Virus record (IMG/VR): IMGVR_UViG_3300021492_000002
Location: 1-55,558 of that record
DNA: 55,558 nt
DNA from: a virus
Lineage: Duplodnaviria > Caudoviricetes
Strand: one strand, 5' to 3'
A program made the translations under genes and the position numbers. The notes under the pieces were generated by a model. That model searched no databases and was not told the origin of the DNA. It was given only the letters and a program-made list of their open reading frames with translations. Shown piece after piece: positions 47,128-55,539 of the stretch; position 1 is the first letter of the stretch; each line of letters starts with the position of its first letter.

Positions 47128-50100
47128 TGCTTACCCTGTTACAGCAGTTAATAGTCTTCCTGATAGCTTTACTACATCTTTAAGGATTATTGATATCGAA
47201 GGCCGGCCTATTAAGGTTTCCTCTGTTGATACCATTATTATTGAGACATTTTATGATACTATTAATACACATGACACGATTTTATTTCTTACGTCATATA
47301 CAAGTATTTTCCAGTTTATTGAGTGGATAAAATATTATAGTGGAAATTACTATGTAAGGTTGAAGCCCGGCTTCGGTAGTAAAGGGACAAGTACTGATTC
47401 AATAAGAGGGCCGTGGCCTCCAGTAATGCATGAGGTTTATCAGGGAGATACATTATACTTGTATGCCCGTATTTACTTACATATAAGGTGGGCACCATTT
47501 GAACATGCGTGGAACGATCAATTAAGTTACATACGATTATTATACATATGGAATTCAACAGCAAGCAAGTATGTCCTTCACAAGATATCTACAGTGCAAT
47601 TCGATCCAATTACTATTGGAAGGACAAACAGGCATGAGCTTTATAAAGAGGGATTGTTTTGGGGATTAAATCTACGGAAGATCTATTTTCATTGTGATAC
47701 TACCATTACGACGGCTTCAAGTCCTAAAACTATTTGTTACTTACACTACCCCGTTGACCTTGAGCTGATTCACAAGAAATTTTCGACTTATGACCGTTAT
47801 TTTATATTAAACAGTCTTAATATGTGTCGTTTTATTGCTGATAGTGATAGCTCAGCATCAAGTACATCTCCTATAAAACACATAATGAATGCGGGCTTCA
47901 TTGATGACATAGCATCAATTATCTCGCAAGACATATCATTAGATGGTATAGGCTACATCAGTGATATTAGTACGCATCAAGATACATATGTAATCGTTAT
48001 AAATGGTATAACGAAGAGAAAATATCGTTTCTCTGGTATAACAGAGAGTGATTCACTTAATCCTGTTGATTCTGTTGTTGTTTGCAAAGGTTATGGTGTT
48101 TCTGATAGCGTATTATATTTCCGTGCTCATAATGATACGGCTGTTATTGTTCTTAAGGCGCTGGCTTCCGACTCCTTTTACATCGCACTTTGTGCCATCG
48201 TCAAGGTTGACACAACCATTGATAGCTCAAGGCATTTAACTTATATTGATTACTTACCAGTCGGGATTTTTAGGATTCCACGTCGAACAAGTGGCGGCGG
48301 CTTAATAACAAGATTCATATCATGTGATCACTCGGACTTTCATATCGTGCAGCCTGGATTAATGCCAATCGTTTATGATACTCTGTCAGAAATGCCCGAT
48401 ACAATAGGCGCGCCTCTCTTCAGATGGGTTGCTCTTACAAAAGGGATTATAACACATAATGATTCAACTAAGCTAGTAGCCGTTGCCATAATTAAGGACA
48501 CAGTGCTTGTGTGGGATGTAACGAATGATACGACCATTATGTTTGGTTTACCTATTAGTGTGGATACGACATACTATTATACTGAAATAGCATCCCAACC
48601 ATATGATACATCCCTAATCGTATTCCTCCTTGATAATGATGATGAATTATTGTATATCCTTACCATCAACTATGATCTTTCATGGGATACTACAAGCATC
48701 CACCTACCATATCTCGGACAGAGAAAGTTTGTTTTTGCAACAACATGCGTTGACACAGGACCTTACTATGAGTACCCCATAGGGTGTAATTGCGACACAT
48801 CAGATAATGTATGCGATTCATTAAAATGGGATTATGAACTTATAGAACCTATAACGAAGTACTCCTATCATACTATTTATCCACTTGTGTACGATAAAAG
48901 GGACGAGTACTACACATTACTTAATTTAGATGATTCAATTGATGTCAGATTCGATTCTTTGATATATTTCTGGTCAATGACAATAAGAGATCTCATAGAA
49001 GATGCCTTTGACGGCATTCAGTGGATTGATGTTAAACCAACATTAGCTGGCAGATCCAATTTACTTCATCAACCTTTCATTTATTATAAGCTCCCGGGTT
49101 CATGGCACTGGGACATAAGAGGTGGAACATATGGACCTGCTGTTGGTTGGAATAGCAGTTCCGTTTACCATGAATTGAACTGCCGCTATGCATACCTTTT
49201 GTCACCGATACGCAATAATTTATCAGATGGGAGGCTTCGATATTGTCTAAGGGCATACCGCAACTATCCCTTACGCTTAAGATTTGTTTATACAGACCCC
49301 AGTGGTATCTCAAATCCATCAGGGGTATACCCATGTGTTTATAGAATAAGTTTAAAGGGGAAATATTTTTCTAGCACTCGTATGTCAAGTTCATGGTATT
49401 GGGCACACAGAGTCTATCCGCGTTATTCATATGACTTCCAGATAGAAGTAGATCCTGGTACCGTGCCTGAAATGATTATAGGTACATGGTTCATTGAGTT
49501 TACTATGAATTCTGCAATATATACTGACACAGTTTTTATAAGAAATCAGGTTAACCATACGGGTATTAGATACTATGTAGAAGGATTTGATTTTGCTAAT
49601 ATTGATTCTTTATTTACCACCGTTTGGTGGGAATATGGGCGTCCATCGTATGCAACTCTTCAATTCGATTTTTATTTTATTGATTATACACCACCACGAA
49701 GCGGCGCGAGTATTACTGTCCTTGGATATCTTGATAAACACCAAGCTGATACATTATTTAAAAATGATAGCATTTGTGGTAGATGTATTGACACATTGAC
49801 ACCCTATTATATCAATGTAGTACATAGAACAGCTAGTGGATTAATATCATTAACTAACGGGTTTATAGGCTTGATTATGGACAGAGAATTTGATTTCCGC
49901 AATGATGGATGGTTACAGGGGATACCTACATATTATTGGGATAGAAATGCTGAAACATGGCATCCAACTGGTGTTGATAGCCATATTATTGATCTTCACA
50001 TTTATTATGGAAGGCCGGGCTTCATCGATGCAACACCTAACTGTGTAATTACCTATAATGGTTATCGATATCGATCTCGCCATATTATTAATCCTAATGA

Positions 50101-50161
50101 ATATGGGACGTGGGGGTTAAGAAGGCGGCGCTTCTGGAATGGTATTAAGCTCCCGCCGTGA
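47072..50161 (+). CDS. Large secreted hypothetical protein (1029 aa)
   Basis: GAGGAG RBS, signal peptide MVRRFIWATLVLFISAAINA, beta-rich. Confidence 0.7.
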   Translation: MVRRFIWATLVLFISAAINAYPVTAVNSLPDSFTTSLRIIDIEGRPIKVSSVDTIIIETFYDTINTHDTILFLTSYTSIFQFIEWIKYYSGNYYVRLKPGFGSKGTSTDSIRGPWPPVMHEVYQGDTLYLYARIYLHIRWAPFEHAWNDQLSYIRLLYIWNSTASKYVLHKISTVQFDPITIGRTNRHELYKEGLFWGLNLRKIYFHCDTTITTASSPKTICYLHYPVDLELIHKKFSTYDRYFILNSLNMCRFIADSDSSASSTSPIKHIMNAGFIDDIASIISQDISLDGIGYISDISTHQDTYVIVINGITKRKYRFSGITESDSLNPVDSVVVCKGYGVSDSVLYFRAHNDTAVIVLKALASDSFYIALCAIVKVDTTIDSSRHLTYIDYLPVGIFRIPRRTSGGGLITRFISCDHSDFHIVQPGLMPIVYDTLSEMPDTIGAPLFRWVALTKGIITHNDSTKLVAVAIIKDTVLVWDVTNDTTIMFGLPISVDTTYYYTEIASQPYDTSLIVFLLDNDDELLYILTINYDLSWDTTSIHLPYLGQRKFVFATTCVDTGPYYEYPIGCNCDTSDNVCDSLKWDYELIEPITKYSYHTIYPLVYDKRDEYYTLLNLDDSIDVRFDSLIYFWSMTIRDLIEDAFDGIQWIDVKPTLAGRSNLLHQPFIYYKLPGSWHWDIRGGTYGPAVGWNSSSVYHELNCRYAYLLSPIRNNLSDGRLRYCLRAYRNYPLRLRFVYTDPSGISNPSGVYPCVYRISLKGKYFSSTRMSSSWYWAHRVYPRYSYDFQIEVDPGTVPEMIIGTWFIEFTMNSAIYTDTVFIRNQVNHTGIRYYVEGFDFANIDSLFTTVWWEYGRPSYATLQFDFYFIDYTPPRSGASITVLGYLDKHQADTLFKNDSICGRCIDTLTPYYINVVHRTASGLISLTNGFIGLIMDREFDFRNDGWLQGIPTYYWDRNAETWHPTGVDSHIIDLHIYYGRPGFIDATPNCVITYNGYRYRSRHIINPNEYGTWGLRRRRFWNGIKLPP

Positions 50162-51023
50162 TGAACTTGGCAAGTGATTTATTATTAACGATGCTATCGA
50201 ATGTAGCCTCGCCAGCAATGCGTCTTAATAAAGCATTTATCTTTACTAACATCTTACGAGGGGTTTTATCATAACCAAGAAGCCGCGCGGCTTCCATGCT
50301 TACAAACATATTATCCACCACATCATAAGCAATCTTTATCCCTTCTGTAGGTCGATCCTGTGTGTAGACATTGATAATATCAATATGTAATGAAGCCACG
50401 CTCGAAACCTTTTCAACTTTATATAGTGATTTAATCATCGTCTTTCTAAAATCCCCTCCAGGGCTATCCTTCTTAACCTTCTTCGCCAGTTTCCTGCTCC
50501 AAGCAATATTAGAAACAAAGACAAATGGGACGCGACTGCTCAACCATCTATAAATACCCATCATAAACCTAGAGAAGCCCGCTCTATCAAATGCCTGTGG
50601 TGGCATATTAAATTCGTTTTCCGATATCAAAGCCGCTGCATTCAGAATAAAAACACCAACAAGTGCATCATAACCCGCAACAGCATCATAGATCTCCTTT
50701 TCGATGCTTTGTTTAAATGAATTCTGAAGAATTGTTATATTCCTCTTAATCCTATCGGGTAAGGATTGTAATAACTTACTGTCAGATGTATGTCTTATAG
50801 GATCGATTATTAAAATAGGAAAGGATGATGCCAATGTTGTTGCATAATGGAGTATAAGATCTTCACAATGTGAGTTAGGATACATTAGAAATTCATGGAT
50901 GCCTATGGAAGGAAGAAAGATCCGATCAAGCTCTATTATGCCTGATGCAATGAAAGGATTGTCGTTATTATATATCCCTTCCTCTTCTATGAGCTTTTTC
51001 ACATCAAAATAATCAAGCTTCAT
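50145..51023 (-). CDS. RecA/RadA-like protein with degenerate Walker A
   Basis: 'IASGIIELDRIF...GIHEF' N-terminal signature, 'ILIID', 'FVFVSN', 'SPGGDFRK'. The P-loop position reads MYPNSHCE. Adjacent to PolB. Confidence 0.6.
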   Translation of the reverse strand: MKLDYFDVKKLIEEEGIYNNDNPFIASGIIELDRIFLPSIGIHEFLMYPNSHCEDLILHYATTLASSFPILIIDPIRHTSDSKLLQSLPDRIKRNITILQNSFKQSIEKEIYDAVAGYDALVGVFILNAAALISENEFNMPPQAFDRAGFSRFMMGIYRWLSSRVPFVFVSNIAWSRKLAKKVKKDSPGGDFRKTMIKSLYKVEKVSSVASLHIDIINVYTQDRPTEGIKIAYDVVDNMFVSMEAARLLGYDKTPRKMLVKINALLRRIAGEATFDSIVNNKSLAKFITAGA

Positions 51024-53284
51024 ACTAATACTCCCTCCTTTATGTTGAATCCAAACTTCTCCAGTAATTTAGATAATTTATCGGAATAATACTCATATGC
51101 AAGATCAATTTTATCCTTCCAATTCGGATCGTACTCTCTATCGACAAGATGATAATGTCTATTTTTGTTTACGACATATTCAACCTTCGTGCCGTGGGTT
51201 ATCTCACTTATCCCATGTCGTTCCATAAGCTGGCGGGCAAGGCGGGCTTCAACACTATTCTTGTTCTTGTATTCATCAGGCTGACTCTTTGATATCGATG
51301 TAGACATAATAAATTTCTCTACAGGAAACTTTGTAAGATCAAGATACTTATGTAATAATGATTGATCCTCACCATAGAATATAACGCGAACAATATCCCA
51401 TAAACATTCCTTATAAATAGGCGGCTGCTTCGGTGATGCTAAAGCCGATCCCTTAAAGATAATGGTATCACCATCCTTTAGAACATAACTCTTCATGGCT
51501 ATCGAATACATAGCATCATATTCCTCTTGCTCCATGAATGTTGTAATGTTTTCTTTATCAATGCCATACTTCTCATGTATATAAGCCGCGACGGCTTCAT
51601 TTATCTCATTTACATCAACGTAATCTGATATATAAACACCATCGGTATCGTATTCTATAACACTGTCTCCAAGCTTATTAATAACGAAACTTATAACATC
51701 ACGACAGAAGCCAACCACTGCAATAGCAATGGAAAGATCACCTACCTTTGAATTTTTGTTTCCATGTATTCCATAGATTGAGTTCATAACAACCTTACGC
51801 GCAACCTGAGCTGCTTGTGTCGCTTTATACTCAGGACTATCCTTTTTTAACTTTGATAATTTTTTCTTAAGCGTTTTTCTATCGTTATACATCTCCTTAA
51901 GGACGAGACGGTAAATGCTATCAGATGATTGATCTATCTCAACAACAATCGTTTTATCAAGATTATCGTCAGGTACCTCTATGATTAAGGATGTATCCTT
52001 CCAGTACGCATTAATATTATCTTGGTAATCCTTAACCTCGATAATTTTTGTTGTATCGGGACCAGCATTTAATGTTATGAGTGAGTTAGGATAGAAGGAG
52101 CTGAAATCGATTTTATACACAGGTTTGAAGTAACCTTTCTTTTTGACACCGATAAGCGCGCCTTGGTATTTATTCCATATCTTCTTTGTATTAAATGATG
52201 CTATGCGTCCATCTAATCCGTATTTCTGTGCATTGGAGAGAAGCCCGATGACCTTTTTCTTAAATAAGCCGCGCAGCGTTACGATACGTGGTATAAAGGC
52301 AGGGTATGAATTCATAATAGCATCAAGAGGAACCTGCATGTATTCAGCTAGTGCAATAATGTTATCAATGTAACGCATAGCAAGCTGATATGTTAAAATA
52401 ATGTCATTCTGATGGTATCTTTCTAATTCCTTTGTTCCTACCCATTCACTCATGTTCATGTGTGGAAGGCGGATGGCTTCATATCCAAAATACTCACCTA
52501 CCGTTTCCAGCTTTTTATTCTGTAGTTTTCCCAGTAGTGATTGATCTTTGTCAACTGATTCCCATACATCATAATGGAGGAAGCCGCGCGGCTTAATCTC
52601 TATTGACGACCCTTCCTGTGTTGCAAGGAATAGACGCTCAAATTCATCTATAAGGTCCAATCTTACACATCTTTCATAAATGTAACGCAGATCGAAGTGC
52701 TTGGAATAATAACCTGCTAAAACAGTAGGTTTTACTTCTGCAATAGTCCTAAGAAACCACAGTAATAGTTCCCTTTCCTCCTGTTCTGTACCTGATGTAT
52801 ATCTTGCTAATAGCCGTTCTCCATCATAGATACCCAATGCAATAATAGGATCTGTATCGTAATTGGCAAATTCGCCTGCATGGCTAAGAACCTCGATATC
52901 GAATGATGCTACCCGTACGGTTGATTTACAGTTGAAAAGATGTGGTGCAAAGACATAGAGTGCTTCGTTTGCAGCGAGGTGGAAGTATGGAAGCCGCCCG
53001 TTTTTTAAGCGATGCACCTTGCGTCGGAGATAATTGCGGTCAATTTTGTTAATGGGAAAACCACATACATCTTCATCAACTCTTCTCGATGCAAAGACAC
53101 AGATTGAAGCCGGCTCCAATGTTCCAATAACTCTGAAGCGTGTAAGTTCATAACGCTGCGAGAATGATGGAACAAAAAGTAGCTCCCCTACCGGTAGTTT
53201 AATGTACTTACCATCCTTGTAATCTGTGAGAAGGAAGCCTCGCCCTTTTGCGAAGTATAATTTGAGTGGTACCGATATTTGCAT
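51020..53284 (-). CDS. polB: Family B DNA polymerase with 3'-5' exonuclease
   Basis: ExoI FDIE, ExoII YSKHFD, ExoIII YHQND, motif A DFSSFYPN, motif B KVVMNSIYG, motif C YDTDG. Confidence 0.95.
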   Translation of the reverse strand: MQISVPLKLYFAKGRGFLLTDYKDGKYIKLPVGELLFVPSFSQRYELTRFRVIGTLEPASICVFASRRVDEDVCGFPINKIDRNYLRRKVHRLKNGRLPYFHLAANEALYVFAPHLFNCKSTVRVASFDIEVLSHAGEFANYDTDPIIALGIYDGERLLARYTSGTEQEERELLLWFLRTIAEVKPTVLAGYYSKHFDLRYIYERCVRLDLIDEFERLFLATQEGSSIEIKPRGFLHYDVWESVDKDQSLLGKLQNKKLETVGEYFGYEAIRLPHMNMSEWVGTKELERYHQNDIILTYQLAMRYIDNIIALAEYMQVPLDAIMNSYPAFIPRIVTLRGLFKKKVIGLLSNAQKYGLDGRIASFNTKKIWNKYQGALIGVKKKGYFKPVYKIDFSSFYPNSLITLNAGPDTTKIIEVKDYQDNINAYWKDTSLIIEVPDDNLDKTIVVEIDQSSDSIYRLVLKEMYNDRKTLKKKLSKLKKDSPEYKATQAAQVARKVVMNSIYGIHGNKNSKVGDLSIAIAVVGFCRDVISFVINKLGDSVIEYDTDGVYISDYVDVNEINEAVAAYIHEKYGIDKENITTFMEQEEYDAMYSIAMKSYVLKDGDTIIFKGSALASPKQPPIYKECLWDIVRVIFYGEDQSLLHKYLDLTKFPVEKFIMSTSISKSQPDEYKNKNSVEARLARQLMERHGISEITHGTKVEYVVNKNRHYHLVDREYDPNWKDKIDLAYEYYSDKLSKLLEKFGFNIKEGVLV

Positions 53285-53358
53285 ATCAAAGCCTCCTTTT
53301 CAACTCCTTTACCACAGCGGGCAGAGGGGCACCTGTGCGGTGCAAAGAGGATTATTCA

Positions 53359-54012
53359 TTACATAATACCAAATGATAATTCTCTTAAATACTCGATCCC
53401 CGTTGCTAGGTTATCAAATCTTACATCAATCATTTCATCGATGAATGGATGCATATGCTTGTCATCCGTTATAACGGCCACTATATGCTTTCGTTGATTG
53501 TATGCCCATGCAAGCTCACATATGCATCCTATTGATATATCACTTGTGAAACCATCTTCGATGATAGCGAATAATATATCCGATTGCGAGAGCATCCAGA
53601 AGTCGCGCCTCATATGATACTTCATTGAAAGAGCCACCTTGTCGGATCTTAATCTAATATAAGTATGATTATCTTTACCGACAGGTTGACCCGGAATAGC
53701 TGCCTCCTTTAACAGAATAGGTAGAAAAACTTTTAAGCCCGCCGACCTTAATTCATCAGCTATTGAGGATAACCTGTGTTTCACTACATCCCAGGGAAGT
53801 CCTGTTATCGGATGCGAAATATAAACAGATAGCTGACGAGTTGCAAATGTTGGACTTGTATTAACAGTTGCGGGTAATGAGTCATTAACGCCATATGTTG
53901 AACCTGTGTTATCTATATGTTTCCAATGTTCCTCTTTACATGGCATCTCGTAAGGATAATTGGGGATTATCTGAGGCCAACCGTCTTTTTCAGGATGTTT
54001 GCACATTCTCAC
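53359..54012 (-). CDS. Nucleoside 2-deoxyribosyltransferase-like / nucleotide N-glycosidase fold protein
   Basis: VYISHPITG, RRDFWMLSQSD, SIGCICELAWAY motifs. Confidence 0.7.
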   Translation of the reverse strand: MRMCKHPEKDGWPQIIPNYPYEMPCKEEHWKHIDNTGSTYGVNDSLPATVNTSPTFATRQLSVYISHPITGLPWDVVKHRLSSIADELRSAGLKVFLPILLKEAAIPGQPVGKDNHTYIRLRSDKVALSMKYHMRRDFWMLSQSDILFAIIEDGFTSDISIGCICELAWAYNQRKHIVAVITDDKHMHPFIDEMIDVRFDNLATGIEYLRELSFGIM

Positions 54013-54380
54013 CTCCCTTTTGGTATCTCCAATCTCTCTAATATATAATGATGCACATAATACTTGTCAAGGATATTTTTTATATTTATAGATACAGAAT
54101 TTTTGTTAGATTTATTAAGCGCCCGCTTCAATATAAAAATATACATATCCTCATTAAAAAATATAATCAGCAATGGGGTTAAGCCCCGCACAATGGCATT
54201 ATTCCATAGTTTGTCAAGGAGAGACTTCGTTACTCGAAAGCGCGGCTTCCCCGTACTCTTAACCTCGATAGCATACTCATCACTAACAACATCTACATCA
54301 CCATGCGTAGAACCACTAGCTTTTGTAAACCTTCCTTTACATAAGGATCTAACTATTTCCTCGGCTTTTCTCCAGTTCAT
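54009..54380 (-). CDS. Holliday junction resolvase-like PD-(D/E)xK nuclease
   Basis: W..AE...SGS..GDVDV....IEVKST...PLLII pattern. Confidence 0.75.
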   Translation of the reverse strand: MNWRKAEEIVRSLCKGRFTKASGSTHGDVDVVSDEYAIEVKSTGKPRFRVTKSLLDKLWNNAIVRGLTPLLIIFFNEDMYIFILKRALNKSNKNSVSINIKNILDKYYVHHYILERLEIPKGR

Positions 54381-54434
54381 GATTATATGATTATGATATA
54401 CTTGCCCCTAATGTTATTAAAAAATAAATTTAAC

Positions 54435-55013
54435 TTAACAACACAAGAATTTTATATATCTGAATTCCTTTGCATAAATATATATTAAGGCTCCATCTCT
54501 CAGAGCATTTTTCAAATCAATGAAGCACCACTGCTTATCACCCACATTAATAAATCCATTACCACATATAAAATTACCACATTTAGGACATTTATTCACC
54601 AAGTATTGCACCTCCAATATCTCTTCTGGCGTTGCAGAATACTCTTGGTATATAGGAACACAGCAAGACTTTATTCTATAGAAAACAAATGGTGATGCGA
54701 TAAGATATGGTGGTATAAAGTCAACATCTTCAATTGAGGCCGGCGCTTCAGAACCATCAAACGCATTAGTAGTTAATAAATAAATGTTAACTCCACCCAT
54801 ATTAAGAAGGGTGATCATATTATCAAAGAATTTATCATAATCAAAGTTAATAGCAGATTCTATTATCCTGTTAATGTTAGATGATATCGGCTTCAACTTT
54901 AGCTTTTTTGTATCTTTACTTTTAGAGAATATAATATAGTAATACATATTAATGTCCTTCATTCTTTTGAAATATCGAAACAACCCTGAATCGATGATTA
55001 GTTGAGCGAACAA
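54435..55013 (-). CDS. Hypothetical protein with CxxC motif
   Basis: ORF with CPKCG. Start uncertain (may be ATG near 54947). Confidence 0.5.
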   Translation of the reverse strand: MFAQLIIDSGLFRYFKRMKDINMYYYIIFSKSKDTKKLKLKPISSNINRIIESAINFDYDKFFDNMITLLNMGGVNIYLLTTNAFDGSEAPASIEDVDFIPPYLIASPFVFYRIKSCCVPIYQEYSATPEEILEVQYLVNKCPKCGNFICGNGFINVGDKQWCFIDLKNALRDGALIYIYAKEFRYIKFLCC

Positions 55014-55539
55014 TACCTATTGTGCCAACCAATTTGTACATATCTTTCCTATACATAGGAAGAATTTGATCAAGCCAGCATAGGAAGCCACCGGGTTCCA
55101 ATACAATCCACGCCTCCTTAACAACCTTGTTTCTATTTATCATAGGTGTGCCATAATGTTCAGCATCCTCAGCCGTATACGGTGGATCGGCAAGAATCAA
55201 ATCGAATTTTTCTGGCGGGAAGTACATAGATAATTCATGTGCATCACCCACTACATCCGGGAATAAATCAGGGTTGATATCAAATGTCGTTTCGCACTCG
55301 CAATTCCATGTACCCTTCTCCACCTTCCCAGAGAACAAATGTAATATTTCTTTAGCATCGGGGAAGAGAGCATGAATCCTACGTAAGTACGACGGAGGAT
55401 ATTCACCATAATATTTTGCCTTTGAACTATAATTGTTGCCAATCATCCATATGCCATATAACCAACCATGTGATACAACGACGGGTGGGTATTTAGGAAA
55501 TTCTTTGGCATAATTCTTTGCTCTCTCTTCCAGTGTCAT
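54949..55539 (-). CDS. DNA amino-methyltransferase (N6A/N4C)
   Basis: SAM-binding LHLFSG and catalytic FDLILADPPY. AAGGAG RBS before ATG 55539. Small, with no obvious large target-recognition domain. Confidence 0.8.
   Translation of the reverse strand: MTLEERAKNYAKEFPKYPPVVVSHGWLYGIWMIGNNYSSKAKYYGEYPPSYLRRIHALFPDAKEILHLFSGKVEKGTWNCECETTFDINPDLFPDVVGDAHELSMYFPPEKFDLILADPPYTAEDAEHYGTPMINRNKVVKEAWIVLEPGGFLCWLDQILPMYRKDMYKLVGTIGIVRSTNHRFRVVSIFQKNEGH

Larger units (their letters stand above)
1301..54749. repeat. Dispersed highly iterated quasi-palindrome GAAG-(G/C)4-8-CTTC and half-sites
   Basis: Exact copies at 6610, 11081, 14486, 15934, 22216, 26080, 27887, 35509, 35781, 38479, 39339, 47362, 50010, 50121, 50279. 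Near-matches at 1301, 4706, 13241, 28182, 38782, 44274, 51582, 52465, 52580, 54736, plus many half-sites. Confidence 0.92.

Noticed and set aside
38236-53284. Active inteins or introns in primase-helicase or PolB
   Set aside because: Motif spacing and protein lengths are normal, with no C...HN-(C/S/T) insertions seen.
53285-53358. GC-rich intergenic stretch upstream of polB as a tRNA or structured RNA
   Set aside because: Only a 5-bp stem (GCACC/GGTGC) is visible, with no cloverleaf or T-loop consensus.
1301-54749. GC-rich palindromes as rho-independent terminators or REP/MITE insertions
   Set aside because: They are intragenic and frame-preserving, only 12-17 bp long, and lack U-tracts and target-site duplications.
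763-55442. Numerous short antisense or alternate-frame ORFs in the supplied track (e.g. 763-993, 19855-20205, 33220-33576, 39893-40255, 54064-54390)
   Set aside because: They are nested in longer, better-supported genes and lack RBS or protein-like features.
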